From assembly GCA_010015805.1 (NCBI GenBank), contig ML978121.1, positions 868,001-932,000 on the forward strand: DNA of 64,000 bases. Reading direction: 5' to 3'. This stretch comes from Rhizodiscina lignyota. Its lineage: Eukaryota. A program made the translations under genes and the position numbers. Below are positions 49,095-61,809 of the stretch, one piece after another (the stretch's first letter is position 1; every line of letters begins with the position of its first letter). The notes below the pieces were generated by a model, which ran no database searches, was not told the DNA's origin, and saw only the letters and a list, made by a program, of their open reading frames with translations.

Positions 49095-50331
49095 AAGGCG
49101 CCAGTGACCGCAAGCTTCTGCTTAGGTCACGACGTTCTACGCGATGAGCACGGCAATTGTGAGCAGTGCGATGACATCGCTTTTGGCACCTACGATCCCT
49201 GAAATGTGGCGAGAGTCAAGCTTCTTCGAGTGCGAATACGAGTAGATATCTGGAAAGATTTAGATAGTTAATGCAATGATGGGTATTTTAGAACTGCCCT
49301 TCTTATGGGCTTGGCAGGGCCCGTCAGATCAGAGGGGATGCTGTGAAATCGGAAATTGTTTTAAGCTTATTTAAGCTTGTTGTGTAGACAGCCAATGTCA
49401 GAAGTGGTTATCTCTATGCGAAGGCGGAGCTCGTCAGCATGAAAGTCATATCGACAACTCTGTTCAGACCTCACTTCCTTTTCCAACAGCGGCATCTTTT
49501 CTATCCGCACGGCCCACTTTCTTGCCTCGTCTTCTCGAGGCATGTCCTGCGAATGTGGCCCCATTAGCAGGACTAGCTGCCGCCCGAGAGAGTTTGTAAA
49601 AGTTATTGATCATGAGTGTGAGCATTACCGGGTATCCTGGATGCGAACGATTGTTCCGGGAGATAAGATCAATCTATTCGAGCTTACCACGTATAGGAAT
49701 CAACTAATCGACGACTTTTGGAGAAGCACGAGAGGGAGCTTTGCTTTTCTACTGTACGGAACTTCGTGTCCTCCGCCAATGAGAAAATAGACGAGCCTCT
49801 GACGCAGTTGGTCGAGAGCGCGATCAAGCTTCTCAAGCATCGCTTCGCTCACCCGATCCAAACTTCCACTCACGCCAGTTTGGCATCGCCAAAAGGTCTC
49901 CACTGCCATAGCTCCGGTTCCAACATTCCGTTGAACCTGGACCCCAGCGGCGTGGGATGCTTATATTCCCTGCGCCTGCATGTCCGTCGGCCTAATGATG
50001 TGCTCGAAGATCCTGAGCAAAGTCCACGATGTGCTCACTTGCATCCCCGCAAACGTCGCACGTGCAACGCTCTCGAGAGCTTCAGTGGCCAAAGTCATGG
50101 CTGCAGGAACCTCCAAGGACTTCGATAGTCTTTGTGCATCTTGCCTTTCAAAGCTAGCGACAGACGTACAATGACAGCTCGACGGTACCGGCGCGGGGGA
50201 CGGAGCTAGAGGATTTCTGCGAAGTTTTTGGGAAGCTCGTGTAGCTACAAAAGCATGCTCCTTCGCGTGCTTCTCGCGTCTCCACTGGAGCTCGTACTCG
50301 TCCTGGTGAACTGGAGCTGTAGAAGGACACA

Positions 50332-52098
50332 ATGTACTTCCTCTCGATTCTAGCAGGCGCAAGCCTGGCTGCTTCGGCCGCAATTGGCTTCGACAAGCGT
50401 CAGAGTGGTGTCCCTCAGTACTTCCAGACCACACCAGAGGTCTTTGCTGGTACGTAGAAGATGCCCTCTTCGCCATTGAACATTGAAATAACTCGTATGA
50501 TAAGGCCCTACGCCGACTGGTGTGCCTGCATTTTTGGCAGAGACCAATCCAGCACCATTTCCATCGACGACGTACATTCCGCCGCAGCCTCTGGAGACCC
50601 AGACTCCGATCAAGGGAGCTCCTGCTAATGGAAACATCTACCATTTGTGTGTTCACTAGAGATCTCCTAATTCGAGACAGTGCTAATGTCATTCAGGCAC
50701 GGTCAATTGAGCCATTACTTCCCCAATCCGGATGGCCTAGGCGTGAACGAATACTCTCTGCCGAAGGGATCAAACATCAGCCAGGTCCATGTGCTTCACA
50801 GACATGGCTCTCGCTATCCCACCGCGACGCCTCCAACTGTGGACAAGCTACTCAACACGACGGTCAAGTGGAAGGCAAGCGGCCAGCTCGCCTTCCTGAA
50901 CGATTGGACCTACAAGCTTGGCCAGCAGATTCTCACTCCTGTGGGCAAGCAAGAGTAAGTCGTGATGCAGCTTACGATCATAATTCAGCAAGAGCTAACT
51001 AATATCCTGAACAGGCTCTTCGACTCTGGAGCGCTGCATCAATATCTGTACGGACACCTGTACCCTCACGATGGCTCCAAAATCATCGCTCGCTCCACCA
51101 CTCAGGACCGTATGACCCAATCTGCAGAGTACTTCCTTGCTGGATTTTTCGGGCTTCAGTGGACAAACAACGCTACACTCGAGCTCATCATTGAAGAACC
51201 CAACTTCAACAATACCCTCGCAGGGTACATGAACTGCAACAACAGCAACTTGGCTCCGGGGGAGAGCGGTAACACAGCCGAGGCTGAATGGTACACGATT
51301 TACCTCGCCGATGCTCTTAAGCGCCTCCAGGGAATGATCGACCCTCCAGACATTCTGAACGTGACCGACTTGTACAACTTCCAATCTTTGTGCGCGTACG
51401 AAACCGTGGCGCTCGGCTATTCCGACTTCTGCGGCCTCTTCACTTATGAAGAATGGGAAGGTTACGAATATAGCGTTGACATTAATTTTGCTGGTAATAA
51501 TGCTTTCCAATCTCCCACAGGCCGTGCTGTTGGTATTGGATACGTACAAGAAATTCGTGCACGGCTCCAGCACCACCTCATCACCAGCGCTGAGGGCCAA
51601 CTCAACACCACTCTTGACGGGATGTCCTCTACGTTCCCTCTCAACCAGAGCCTATACTTCGACTTCTCTCATGACACAAATATCATGGGTATCCTCACCG
51701 CCTTCGGCATTACGCAGTTCCAACCTTTCCTCTCCGCGCAAGCAATCACACCAGGCCGCTGGCTTCAGGTCTCCCATCTCGAGCCCTTCGGTGCACGCCT
51801 TGACATTGAAATCATCAAGACGCCGAGACCCGTACCCGCAGATCGCGCAGCTGACTACGCCGACTCGGGAGACCCAACGACATATGTCCACTTTGTTCTG
51901 AACCAGCGCACACTGCCACTTGGATTCAGCTACGGCGAGTGTGGCAACCGCGCAGACGGTTGGTGTGAGATCGGTGCGTTCTTAGACGCGACCGCAGGTT
52001 TATTCGACGAGGCTGACTATGAGTTTGCTTGCTTCGGGAACTACTCGGCCGTCCCGTACGGACAGATCACAAACGGGGTGCCGCTTAAATCTTCTTAG
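50332..52098 (+). CDS. Secreted histidine acid phosphatase / 3-phytase
   Basis: Signal peptide MYFLSILAGASLAASAA; RHGSRYP catalytic motif; FSHD; three introns. Confidence 0.93.
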
Positions 52099-52626
52099 AT
52101 GTGTTTATCGTCGCTGGTTGATGAATAAGGCTCAAGTAGCGATTTAATGTGTATATGACGCTATGACATCGCAAAGGGTGTGCTGCGTACGCTCGCTATG
52201 AATTATAAATATTTTCTGGCACGTCGAAATTTAAGTTTGTGGGTTATCAGTTTTGTGCTCACAGAAATACCGTCAAGCATTGATTCTGCCTTTTCGAACG
52301 ATGCCTTCATGGCCACGCGTAAACAGTCTTGACCAAGGAGGGGCATATGCAGCTTTTTGAGCAAGTGAACTGTGAGCGTGCGGTCGGTCGAAGGTAAGGC
52401 CTGATTGTTCCTATTGTCCATTGACAGGTGGGTGGCCAAAGCGCCGGCCATAACCATTGTTGTTAGCAAAATAGTAACACCACCTCTCAGGATTCCCCTC
52501 TTTGAACATGAACCATCAATTCTCCAATCTCCGCGAAGAAAAAAACCTCGAGAACCCAACAAACTGCACAAAACACAACACAAACTTTCCATATTCCAAG
52601 AAGAGCTGGACTCTCAAATCAGCAAC

Positions 52627-54267
52627 ATGGATTTCTTCAGGCGACTCGGTGACGGTATCTGCAGGTTTTGGAACACTTCAGAAAGGAATGAGCCGACGAC
52701 TATGAGAACGACAGGGCATGAGGAAGATGTCGGAGTCTCAACGAATTGCCTCTGCAAACGACAGCGAGACCCAGATGAGATATCAACCAGTACCGAAGAC
52801 CGCTCAGCAAAGAGACAAAGACGTGAGCCCAATCGAGCAAATGTCCTGCGCTCAGCTGCGAGACGAAAACGCCAGCCGAATCGAGCAAGTCTTCTGCGCC
52901 CAGCAAACCCGGCAGTGATCATTACCATTCCAGGAAGTGATCTAATTGGAGAAAGAGTAGAAATCAGGGGCAAAGAAATAAGAAGCGAGAACTACGCAGC
53001 CATTCTCGTAGATAACCGAACACTCAACTCTATGAAAGAGGCATTAGCAGGAAGGCAGCGCCTTGATGAGGTAGCAGGACCAGCGTGGGAACGATTTCAT
53101 AAGCTCAATTGGCGATGCAGAGCTTTGGCTGCACAGGTCATGGATACCGAAGCCGAGCTGCAGTTGTTCGAAGAGCTTGCCGCGACAACTCATGACGAAC
53201 ACAGAAGCATCATCAGCCAAGAAGCCAAGAAACTGCGAGACGAAATAAGTGTTGGATGGGCTGAGGTGGCAAGACTCAATGTTGATAAAAGACATGGGAT
53301 TACAGACGAACTGGAGGAGGAGGTTTGGAGGCAGAACGAGATCCAAAAGGAGATTGACGACACCATGCAGAGAGCTTTCGAGGAAGCCAACCTGTTACCA
53401 TCAACGAGCCCCCTGGTTCCAGCATTGGAAGAGCTTTCCGACAAGCACTCAATCTCGAAACGCAGCTTATGGAGCGGTACATCGAAGGCGGAATCAGATC
53501 ATCCAGACACGCCGTCCCAGGCCGCCGCCGCAGAAAGGGAACGTGGATCGGATCATTTCGATTACAATGGTGGCGATCGCGCTGTCTCGTCCCTTTTCCT
53601 ACCTCCGCCGTATGAATCGGATTATTACGATTACAGCTGTGGTGTTCGTGCCGTCTCGCCGTCGGTAATACCTCCGGCCGAAGAATTCCAGAGACCAGTC
53701 GAGATACTCGAAAGCCAAGAAGTTATCGCAAGACTTCAACATTGCACGCTTGAATACTACCAAGCGTACGCGGATTTCCAAACATCCCGGGAGGAACTGG
53801 CAGACGAGAGGCGTCTCTTCAAGGATGCAAAAGCTCGAGGGCTGCGCGACGATTCGCAAACAGCGTTCGATGTTGAACAGGTGAGGCGTCGGATGAATTT
53901 GACGTCTGCACTGGTTTCCGCAGAGGAGAGGCTTGAGGCGGCCAAGAACGCCTGCAAAGACTTAGGTCTTTGGTCCCGCAAGCAGGCGGGCATTTGCTTC
54001 GAGTCGATTGGTACATCTGGTCAATCTTCGAGGGAGTTTGCCTGGATTCAGGAAGAGCTTGAGCGCTTCGATCCACGGCCTATTCTGGAGTGGCAACAGG
54101 GAGTGGACAGCGGCGGCCTCCCTTTGTCGGTAGAGGTCCCTGAAATGGACCCATGGGATGCCAGGTTAGAGGATCGGTGGGACAGCTCGTCGGTCCTGGC
54201 GGGTCAGGATAGCGCTGAAAGGAGGAGGATTGATGGATGGAGGAAGCGCATCGGCGTTGTGGACTGA
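52627..54267 (+). CDS. Hypothetical coiled-coil protein with basic NLS-like patches
   Basis: Intronless ORF of about 546 codons from MDFFRRLG; KRQR repeats; heptad-rich segments; acidic, Trp-containing C-terminus. Confidence 0.7.
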   Translation: MDFFRRLGDGICRFWNTSERNEPTTMRTTGHEEDVGVSTNCLCKRQRDPDEISTSTEDRSAKRQRREPNRANVLRSAARRKRQPNRASLLRPANPAVIITIPGSDLIGERVEIRGKEIRSENYAAILVDNRTLNSMKEALAGRQRLDEVAGPAWERFHKLNWRCRALAAQVMDTEAELQLFEELAATTHDEHRSIISQEAKKLRDEISVGWAEVARLNVDKRHGITDELEEEVWRQNEIQKEIDDTMQRAFEEANLLPSTSPLVPALEELSDKHSISKRSLWSGTSKAESDHPDTPSQAAAAERERGSDHFDYNGGDRAVSSLFLPPPYESDYYDYSCGVRAVSPSVIPPAEEFQRPVEILESQEVIARLQHCTLEYYQAYADFQTSREELADERRLFKDAKARGLRDDSQTAFDVEQVRRRMNLTSALVSAEERLEAAKNACKDLGLWSRKQAGICFESIGTSGQSSREFAWIQEELERFDPRPILEWQQGVDSGGLPLSVEVPEMDPWDARLEDRWDSSSVLAGQDSAERRRIDGWRKRIGVVD

Positions 54268-54861
54268 AGAGTCGTTAGCTGTCTTCGTCGTCAAACCCAC
54301 CCGCGTGTGGGACAGAAAAGTTGGACTCGGCCGCAGCTTTCGACGCACTGGGCAGCAGCTGCGCACAGCCTCTATAGATAACTTGGGATGCAACCTTTTC
54401 AACGGCGTGGTATTGCTTAACACATTCTAGAGAATATGTGACTGAGCTTTCAGAGATAGTCTCGATTTCTGTGAGGTGTACTCCGTAAGAGGCATTTTAG
54501 CCCTTGAGTATTACAGCCGCAAGGCCGTGCTGGCGACCAACTATTTTGTCACCAGCGTGCTACGTAAGTTCACCGCCGCGCTTGACCAGCCCTGCCAGCC
54601 TTTCATTCCAGTGGTTCATGTACCGTTCAACGCTTAAACATTGCAAAATCCAACTTGAACTCATCTCTAATACTCGGCGACTGCGGTTTACGTTAATGGT
54701 AGGTATCCTTGTGGGGTTCTACGTCAAAAGTGTACTCCACAACGGATAAGCATCCATAAGCCGGAGCACATATTTCGCCGTCAATGTTTCACATCACCTA
54801 ATAAATTGTGTCTGATCGTGGTCTGCGTTTCTGTACTCTCATCTCACAATTTCCCTTCACA

Positions 54862-55785
54862 ATGGCAGACACACTCAAGCTCCAGGACGAACAGCTCAGA
54901 GCCAGACTAGCTCCAGTTCACACAGGCCATTACTTTACAGGGCACACCTACAAATCGCCACCAGAGAAAATTAACCCGAAGAACGTTCGGCTGTCGAAGC
55001 CATATGTCGTGTGCATTACTGGAGCAGGACGTGGCCTTGGGGCAGCAACAGCTGTAGCGTATGCTCAGGCAGGCGCAAGCGGCATCGTCATTAGCTCCAG
55101 AACATCCTCCGAATTGGACGAAGTCAAGAAGCAGATCCTGAATGAAGCGCCAAACTGTCAGGTAACGGCCCAGACTTGTGATGTGGTGTCTGATGCAAGC
55201 GTCATGGAGCTGGTAAATGCCGTTGAGAAAGAGCATGGGAGGCTTGATGTACTTGTAAATAACGCTGGGTACCTGGACCGTACAGGTTTTGTGCCGCTGA
55301 CAGAAGGCGAGCCTGAAGAATTCCGTCGTACAATGGATGTCAACGTCTTCGGTGCCTACCTTGTAACACGAGCATTTCTTCCACTCCTCCTAAATACTGA
55401 GAGCGGAGCGAAAGTTGTCATTGGATTGAGCAGCATGAGCTCTCACGTTGCTCGCTACTCCATCGCTATGGGACTCAGCAAGCTCGCTCTGAATCGCTTC
55501 ATCGAATTCTTGGCTGTTGAGTATAAAAACCAGGGGTTGATGGCCTACGCGCTTCATCCTGGATCAGTGCCGACAAAGATGTCGAGCCACGCACCAGTCA
55601 ACTGGGGCAAATTCATTGCCGATTCTCCGGATTTGTGTGGAGCTATGGTAGTCTGGCTAACGAAGGAAAAGCGGCCGTGGCTATCAGGGAGATATGTGGC
55701 GGCGTTATGGGACACGGACGAGCTGGAGGCGCAGAAGGATGAAATTGTGGAGCAGGACAAGTTGAAGTTTAGGATGGTCGTTTGA
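54862..55785 (+). CDS. Short-chain dehydrogenase/reductase, paralog of 12305-13237
   Basis: TGAGRGLG, NNAG, HPGSV, WLSGRY, DKLKFRMVV; the YxxxK position reads MGLSK. Confidence 0.9.
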   Translation: MADTLKLQDEQLRARLAPVHTGHYFTGHTYKSPPEKINPKNVRLSKPYVVCITGAGRGLGAATAVAYAQAGASGIVISSRTSSELDEVKKQILNEAPNCQVTAQTCDVVSDASVMELVNAVEKEHGRLDVLVNNAGYLDRTGFVPLTEGEPEEFRRTMDVNVFGAYLVTRAFLPLLLNTESGAKVVIGLSSMSSHVARYSIAMGLSKLALNRFIEFLAVEYKNQGLMAYALHPGSVPTKMSSHAPVNWGKFIADSPDLCGAMVVWLTKEKRPWLSGRYVAALWDTDELEAQKDEIVEQDKLKFRMVV

Positions 55786-56416
55786 AGATATTGAGCCGCG
55801 ATACTTCGCCAGTCGTCGTGCGTGGTGCTTGCTAGGCCCACTAATGAGCATAGAAGATCATCCATGCTGGAAATTACACTTCGCATAGTTGCTTGCAGTC
55901 GTTCCGCGTCGATGCCGTCCGAGTAGAGAGTGAAAACAGCCATACAATAAGAGTGTGCTTGTATGCCGAGCTGGCGAGCGTCTGATTTCTTGAGAAGCTG
56001 TCTACTATTCGCCTGGATACTTCTGAATTTCTTAGGCTTCACGAATGAGGGCGACACATAGAGCACTGGCATCCACTTAGCGCGTGCACAGTCAACCACT
56101 CCTCGGCCCAAGTCAAAGTCAAACCATCCATCATTGACACTTACCATCATGGCATACCATCCACCGCGTTTGCGATCGTGTTCTCTCATGTTGGTCTTCG
56201 GACAGTGTCGCAATGGAGATACTGTAAAGTCTGAGGAGCCAAGGTTGTGAAAGGGGACGCGCCACGCTAGCGTTTGATTAAGAATTGGATGTGGCATAGC
56301 GCGATCTCGCTCTTTTCGGACTAGTATTCATCGAAAGTTGGGAGCTTCCTCATCCTTCAGTTGACGTTGCTCACTTCTTGGACTTTTAATGTACCGCGAT
56401 ACTGACCTCTCCATCT

Positions 56417-57663
56417 TTAAATGCTCTCAATACTTTCTGCGCGATGTCCCTTCAGAGCTTGACAGATTTTGTCCGTGTCATTAATTCCATGCCTTTCCAG
56501 TGCATCTTTACAGTATGCTTCAACCACTGGTCCCCATATGTGCCTCGCTTTATACCGTGCCATGTCCTCTGGCAAAGCCCTTATAGCACCTAGTAACTCC
56601 TTGAGACTTTGAGGCTCGTCTTCCAGCTCGGTGAGTGGAGTGATATATGTGCGGACGAGGAACGCAACAGTATTCGATTTCGGCAGTCGTTGAAAAGTTT
56701 GACGCTCGTACCGCAACCTGATTTCTTTCGCCGTAGGTACTTTAGATTCTGTTGCGAAGGGCTCTTGAATGAAACTCATCCGTGGTTTGAAGGAAGTAGT
56801 TGTATCGCTCAACGGGAGCATCAGCCTTTAAGCGTCGAAAGAAGCTGCGAGCTATCAGAAATCTCTCGATATATTTTTTCAACCTGGGCTGGCATCGCCT
56901 TTCCACTGGCTCTCTCAACTTTTCTTCCCAGCCCGGGACTGTTTCATGGAGATCCATGAGCGACCAGCCAATCCGCTCCTCGAGATGCCAACCAGCTGGT
57001 GCCATACTGTAGCTTGCAAGCCTACAAAAGAGTTAATGGATACGAGTGCAATGCCTCAGCTGACGAAAATGCTGACAGATAGAACTGATTAGGATCAGGA
57101 CCGGCGCCTTGAATCAGGAGATTGATATCCTCCTTAGCCAGTTGTGCCGCAACTTCCAACGGATGGTTCTCATACGGCTCAGCAACCTTGAATGTGCGGC
57201 CGGTAAGAGCATTGTGAACATAATCGGGGTTTTGAGTTGGGCAATAGAACCATTGCGGATATCTTCTCGTCAAGAACGCAACAATTTCTGCAAGGACTTC
57301 TCTACATGCCATCTCCGACCCTGGCAGGGCTTGGAAGACGCCACGACGATTTTCATGCAGCAAATGCCTTCGAAGCTTCTGCTCTTCGAAATAGCGATTG
57401 TCCAGAAGTAACCAATCTTCACGAGGCATCTTCCGAATACCCATCGTCATCACAAACTTTCCAGATCGCCATGGTCGATAAGGCCTTGGCTCAGTGTTGC
57501 GTATGTCGAAGTCCGCATTAGGTTTGAGGCATTCCACATCCAAAGGCTGTGTTGCGGTACCCCGTGCCCATTGTTCTACCAGTGGCTTCCAGTTAGTGAC
57601 TTTTGAACTAAAAAGCAACGAAATAGCTAGCAGCAGTAGAACAATCGCCAGAGTGAGCGACAT
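56417..57663 (-). CDS. DUF3445 / heme-dependent oxidative N-demethylase alpha-like protein
   Basis: PRPYRPW...MTMGIRKM...WLLLD, EDINLL, PAGW...IG..L..LH..VP, VERYNYF, LRYERQTFQRLPKSNTVAFLVRTY; N-terminal hydrophobic segment; two introns. Confidence 0.88.
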
Positions 57664-58389
57664 TTTGAGCGATCTGGAATTCGAATCTTCTGCAGTCGAA
57701 TCTTCTTAAATGTTTGCTGAAATATCTTACCTACCGTTACCCAGTTGGTACCATATTTGCGGGCGGCGGGCCGATGCATCATGACGGAATTGACATTAGC
57801 CAGGAGTCCAAAAACGAGCAGTGTACTTTCCCGACGTTACGGCTCCCCTCATTTTGTTTCACAGTTTGACATTCTGTGCAGGATCCAAATATGTATGCCG
57901 CAAGTACCCGACTAGCACTCTCTTGCTAACAACGTGCGCTTCATGACAGGCTCTCTCTAACCGCTTGCTGCGTGTGGAACACTCCTAACGCCGAACGAGC
58001 TCTGGACTTATCGAATTACCGGTAAATGAGAAGATCTCAGTTCCTGCAATGATTTGGCCTGCTTTGCAACCCAGGAGTACGGGTTTTAAATAGTCGTTAG
58101 CCAAAAGTCGGGTATGCTGATCTCGCGCTCTGTATCGCCTTGGTATAAGAGCGAGGCCATGACGAGCCAAGCCGTATTGTACTATCCTTCATTGACGCCT
58201 TGCTAATTTACACAGTTTCCCCGACGATTGCACCCTAACGCAGATGTGTCTGCTTTTCTGCCATGTCAAAAAGAGTGCATCACTGCATCCTTTGAACGCC
58301 CGCAATATATAAGCAGCCGTTGCCCATCGATCATTTCCAAGTCATTCCGCACCTTCATCTAGATCATCTACCCTTTTGTCAAGGTATTT

Positions 58390-60685
58390 TCAGTTAGTAC
58401 CTGGGCTGAAAGCAGCAGCCATGCTAATCATCTGCTTCGAGCCCTCAATCACCTCCAAGGTCCCGTCGTCCTGGACCCAGTGAGCTTGGAAGCGAATGTT
58501 GAGCCCATCAATAACCATTTTGATCTGCAGCTCCAGTTTGTATTGGCGCTCATTGGAAGTCGTAGGATCGGCAACAACTATCGGTAACTTGTGACGCAGG
58601 TGAGCCGCGTCAAACACGACCTTCGCAGCGACTTCTGAGCGCCTGTTCCTCCGATGCCGTACTGGATAGTTCGAAGCCATAGGACTGTCGGCGACGTAAA
58701 TGATTTCTTCGCATAATAAGGCGGGTTCGTTTAGAGCGAAGTAATGGAGCGACGTAATCACTGGGAAGGTTTCGAACGGTGCGTAAGGTCCGGCACCCTG
58801 CACCAAGCAACGTCAATCTTCAAGCTGAGAAGGGGGTAGATGATCTAAATATACTGACCTTTTGGATAAACCATGTGATTGAGCTGATATACGGTAGTCC
58901 ATCTTTTCCCTTCCAAGGTTGAGCCCCCCTTTGCTGCGGAATACTCTTTTCGTCATGGACCATGTGTCGCAGCAATCCATAGCTGCACTGCGTATATCTG
59001 TCTGGGCCATTTTCCTTGTCTAAAGCCCTAAGAACGGCACCACAAGAGACGGCGTCCTCTACTCCGTACATCATATCGTCTGTCAGATAGAGCAGTCGAG
59101 TCTTCGGAGACGCGACATTCAGTCTGTCCTTCAAGTAGCGAATCAAAGCACGGTTTCTAGCAAATCCGCCGCTGACGATAGCTACCTGTGTACCCGTTAG
59201 CATGTGCTATAAGGCAAATGCAGAAAAGGTTGCAACTCACATCCACGGCAACGCCCTTCACTGCAGCGCTCTCAACCTGTCCAATGAGCAGTGAACTGTT
59301 TTGATTAAAAATGGGCTCGATGATGCGCCTTGTTTCGGTCCTAAAAGTCTAAGTTCACAGTCGACAACACCAGAGGGTTTGTACTTACATAGATATCGTC
59401 CAGACTCCCTGGCTGAACCCCCTATCCTTGTCTTCAGGCAAGCCTGGAAGATCGAACTTGAATTGCAAAGTAGATGGGTCATTGTAGTCCATTTCCGGCT
59501 TATGTATTTCTTCAAATGGAAGTATGATCCGGGATTGCACCACGCTGCGCAGCGTTTGGCCACGTTCTTTGTCCACGATGTATTGTTCGAAGTCTTCCAG
59601 CGTCTCCAGAGCATATTTTTCCATTGCGGCGTTGAGACAGCTGGAACCGCAGACACCACCTATCAAGATTTGTTAGAAAGTCATGAGAATATGAAGAATG
59701 AAAGGGCTTCAAACTAGTTAGAGGCACCACTTCCTTCTTCAGACGCAGGGTCTCTTTTCCCCCCGTCTCCCAGGTGCCGAAGTCTGCTGTGCTGCCGCCT
59801 ATGTCGCCATATGTAAAAGTCTCGGGGATTTCATTCTGGGCCTGTTAGTCTTTTGCAAAGACTTGTGAAAAGTATGTTTCTTACCCCTGGAAGTAAATCT
59901 GGGATTTCCCTAAGCCTTTGGAGCATATAAGTCGCCCCAGCTTCTTGCTCCGTTACGAAGGATAGCCCGACCGCACAGCCATTCGTAACCGGCCCGAAAC
60001 TCTCTCGCTGTATGGCAATATTCATGGCTTGGTGCAGTTCCCTTCTCTCCTTCGCACCGTATATGACTGGCACGGTTAGGACCAGAATGATGGGAATGCC
60101 ATCTTCCAAAATGCCCCTTTCCAGAAGTTGTTCTTTTGTGTGCCTAACGAGGAATGTCAAGTAATCTGCGTGGATGTCCGAAGCCTTCTCTATCTTTCCC
60201 GTCGCCAGAAGCTGTTTCACGTGCTGAGTTATGGCTTTATAAGCTTGCGTTGGCTCCTCTTTTCCGGCGCGCTGTAAGAAAAGGAACTTAATGTCTTTGA
60301 CAGACTGGACTGTATGGATCAGACTGTTTGCTGTTCTTTGAAGGTGCCTGATATCGTATCCCCAGAGGACGTTTTGCGGCATTGATCTTCCAGATGAGGC
60401 ATTTTGAGCCATGATGTGTTGGGCCTCGACATTCAGATATCCCTCTCCCAGTTCCTGGAGTAGCATTTCCCGTTCCCCATAAAAGATTTCAGTAAGAACG
60501 CTCTTACTTCGTGCCCCATATGGTGCTCTGTCACGGGGGAAGTTGGTGATATTTTGAACTCTACTGACTCCTGGATGCCGGTCGTCGTATTTCGCATAGG
60601 CGACTGCACTTTGAGCCATTGCATAATCGATCCCGATTACTAGTTTCTTGTTCCCCGTATTGATCGAAGAATTGCTCTGACTCAT
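58390..60685 (-). CDS. Atypical Hsp70 (HSPA12-like, actin-like ATPase fold)
   Basis: Spliced model with 5 introns: LVIGIDYAMAQSAVAY, LTVPVIY, VTEQEAGA, DIGGSTAD, CGSSCLN, SGGFARN, AVSCGAVLRAL, RYTQCSYG, WFIQKG. Confidence 0.87.
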
Positions 60686-61809
60686 ACTGATCTAAGGTGT
60701 CGAGCGCGGAAAACTCGTTGCTAGAGTGAAGGGAGTGAGTTGAGAACGCAGACTGTGAGGAGAGTAAAAGGTAAATTGAACGCATACCCAACTATATGTT
60801 GATTCTCTCTTGGGTCTTCGAAGTTGTATTTGCCTGTATCTTAGGATGATTGGTGGTGTTCGTTAGGATGAGACGTTAAGAGAGAGGATTGGAAGGGCGA
60901 AGCTGTAAGACCTTAAATAGCAAAGCTATTTTCCAGGTGGCTGGGCGTCTGTAAGTGGAACGTTTGTCGACGGACTCGACGCGTGAAGCGTATTCGCTGT
61001 AAGCGTGAATGGTTCCGCAAGTTGTTTTATAGGATGAGAGAGTGAGACTGCTCATGCAGCTCTTAAGCGATAGATCTCCACTCTCCTGTGCAAGTGAAGA
61101 AGAGCATGTGAAGGTAGCTGAGGCTTGGCTAACAGATCAAGTTTCGAGATTTCATGACTTGTTGGTGCGTGGATATGTTATAAATCTCTGGCACCTTGAC
61201 GAGTTAAAGGAAAGAGAGAGCTTGTAGATGCAAGTGAATAGCAGCAAGTGGATAGCACAGGTGGCGAAGGTAGTTCAATGAGAATAGAACGTGCTCCAAT
61301 TGGCGAGTTCGACGAGTCTTGGAGCCTCCTTGGTGTGAGTGCGAGTATCTCTGGAAGAAGTGGGTGAATTTGTGCAAGGCGAACGGACCTGTCTGGGTAA
61401 GCAGAGTGAAGCTGGCCCAAGAAAGTCAATGACCACTTCCACAAATTATCTGCTATGAATCAAACTTAAAAAAGAAAATGGCTAGCTGATCGCACGTGAG
61501 AAATGCCACGCAATAATTCATTTATTGATAGGCGCCACCATACGTCATCTTCACACAGCATTCGCGCACGAAGACTTTCAAACGGGAGTACATATATTGG
61601 AAACAGAAGATGGCCAAACACAAACTGAAATTTTCCCCGATTGAGTTTTACTTTCTTTACAACCACCAGAGTTTTCGTCTAGCGACCTAATCCTCTTCAT
61701 CTACAAGACCTCAACTTCACCGCATAAGTTCAATCTACATTAAAGTCCGGCCAAGCAGTACATCTCACAGAGCAAAGAGCGTTGAACAGAAAGCAACATC
61801 AACGTTACG

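Noticed and set aside
49961..50692. 243-aa minus-strand ORF
   Set aside because: Largely antisense to the phytase 5' exons; the Arg/Ser-rich composition is typical of shadow frames.
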